Part shown: positions 63,257-63,635 of the stretch, piece after piece
Layout of the letters: every line of letters begins with the position of its first letter
How positions within the stretch are numbered: the stretch's first letter is position 1
Origin: a virus
Lineage: Duplodnaviria; Caudoviricetes
Virus record (IMG/VR): IMGVR_UViG_3300017734_000002
Span: 1 to 63,635 of that record
DNA: 63,635 nt
Strand: one strand, 5' to 3'
Program-made: the position numbers and the translations under genes
Notes under the pieces: model-generated
The model's input: only the letters and a program-made list of their open reading frames with translations
Databases searched by the model: none
What the model was told of the DNA's origin: nothing

Positions 63257-63635
63257 CTAACCATCACACGCAAGACAATCTTCGCTCATTGCTTGCTGTG
63301 CAATATCTCCACGTAGGACAGATTCTGTCCTTGTATAATATAAGGTTTTAACACCTTTTTTCCATGCTTCAAAATGAACTTTGTTAATCCACTTTGGTGT
63401 TGCTTCACTAGGGAAAGCTAAGTTTAAACTTACACTTTGATCTATATACTGCTGGCGGATACCAGCTTGCCTAACCAACTCTAACTGATTAAGCTCTTTA
63501 AAGGTTTTAAATACTTCTTTAGTATCTTCACTTAAACCTTTTATATCTTGTACCGAACCTCCGTCGGCTAAGATTTTATCCCATACTTCCTTTGTATTTA
63601 GTTTTTCTTTTTCGAGAATCTTTTCCAAAGTTGGG
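63257..63635 (-). CDS. nrdA: Ribonucleotide reductase alpha subunit, C-terminal part (5' end outside the window)
   Basis: FKTFKE..RQQYIDQSVSLNL..GVKTLYY..CLACDG. Confidence 0.9.
   Translation of the reverse strand, partial: PTLEKILEKEKLNTKEVWDKILADGGSVQDIKGLSEDTKEVFKTFKELNQLELVRQAGIRQQYIDQSVSLNLAFPSEATPKWINKVHFEAWKKGVKTLYYTRTESVLRGDIAQQAMSEDCLACDG

Overview
AT-rich (roughly 30% GC by eye) lytic dsDNA phage genome segment, most likely a podovirus of marine Bacteroidota/Flavobacteria. The host call rests on A-rich, Shine-Dalgarno-less start contexts, a Bacteroidota-type SSB, and a groEL/groES pair as in Cellulophaga phage phi38:1-like viruses. The left arm (1-13.7 kb, minus strand) carries early and replication genes: thymidylate-synthase-family enzyme, primase-helicase, SSB, exonuclease, ERF recombinase, sigma factor, HTH protein, DNA ligase and many small ORFs. 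Seven copies of a conserved promoter-like motif lie in this arm. A non-coding divergence zone (13.7-14.2 kb) contains TGTCA repeats and G-tracts. The right arm (14.2-63.2 kb, plus strand) carries chaperonins, small basic proteins, holin, tail fibres, terminase, portal, scaffold, capsid, tail proteins, a 2788-aa probable ejection protein, envelope proteins and endolysin. A truncated ribonucleotide reductase closes the window. The most unusual signals are (i) a cluster of anticodon-less tRNA mimics, including a 126-nt tmRNA-like RNA with alanine identity but no pseudoknot/mRNA domain, tiled with other hairpin RNAs; (ii) a probable lipoprotein gene overprinted on the terminase; and (iii) a 43-bp TGACA...TGTCA element shared by the divergence zone and the start of an HTH gene. 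All calls come from reading motifs by eye; no database search or folding program was run.
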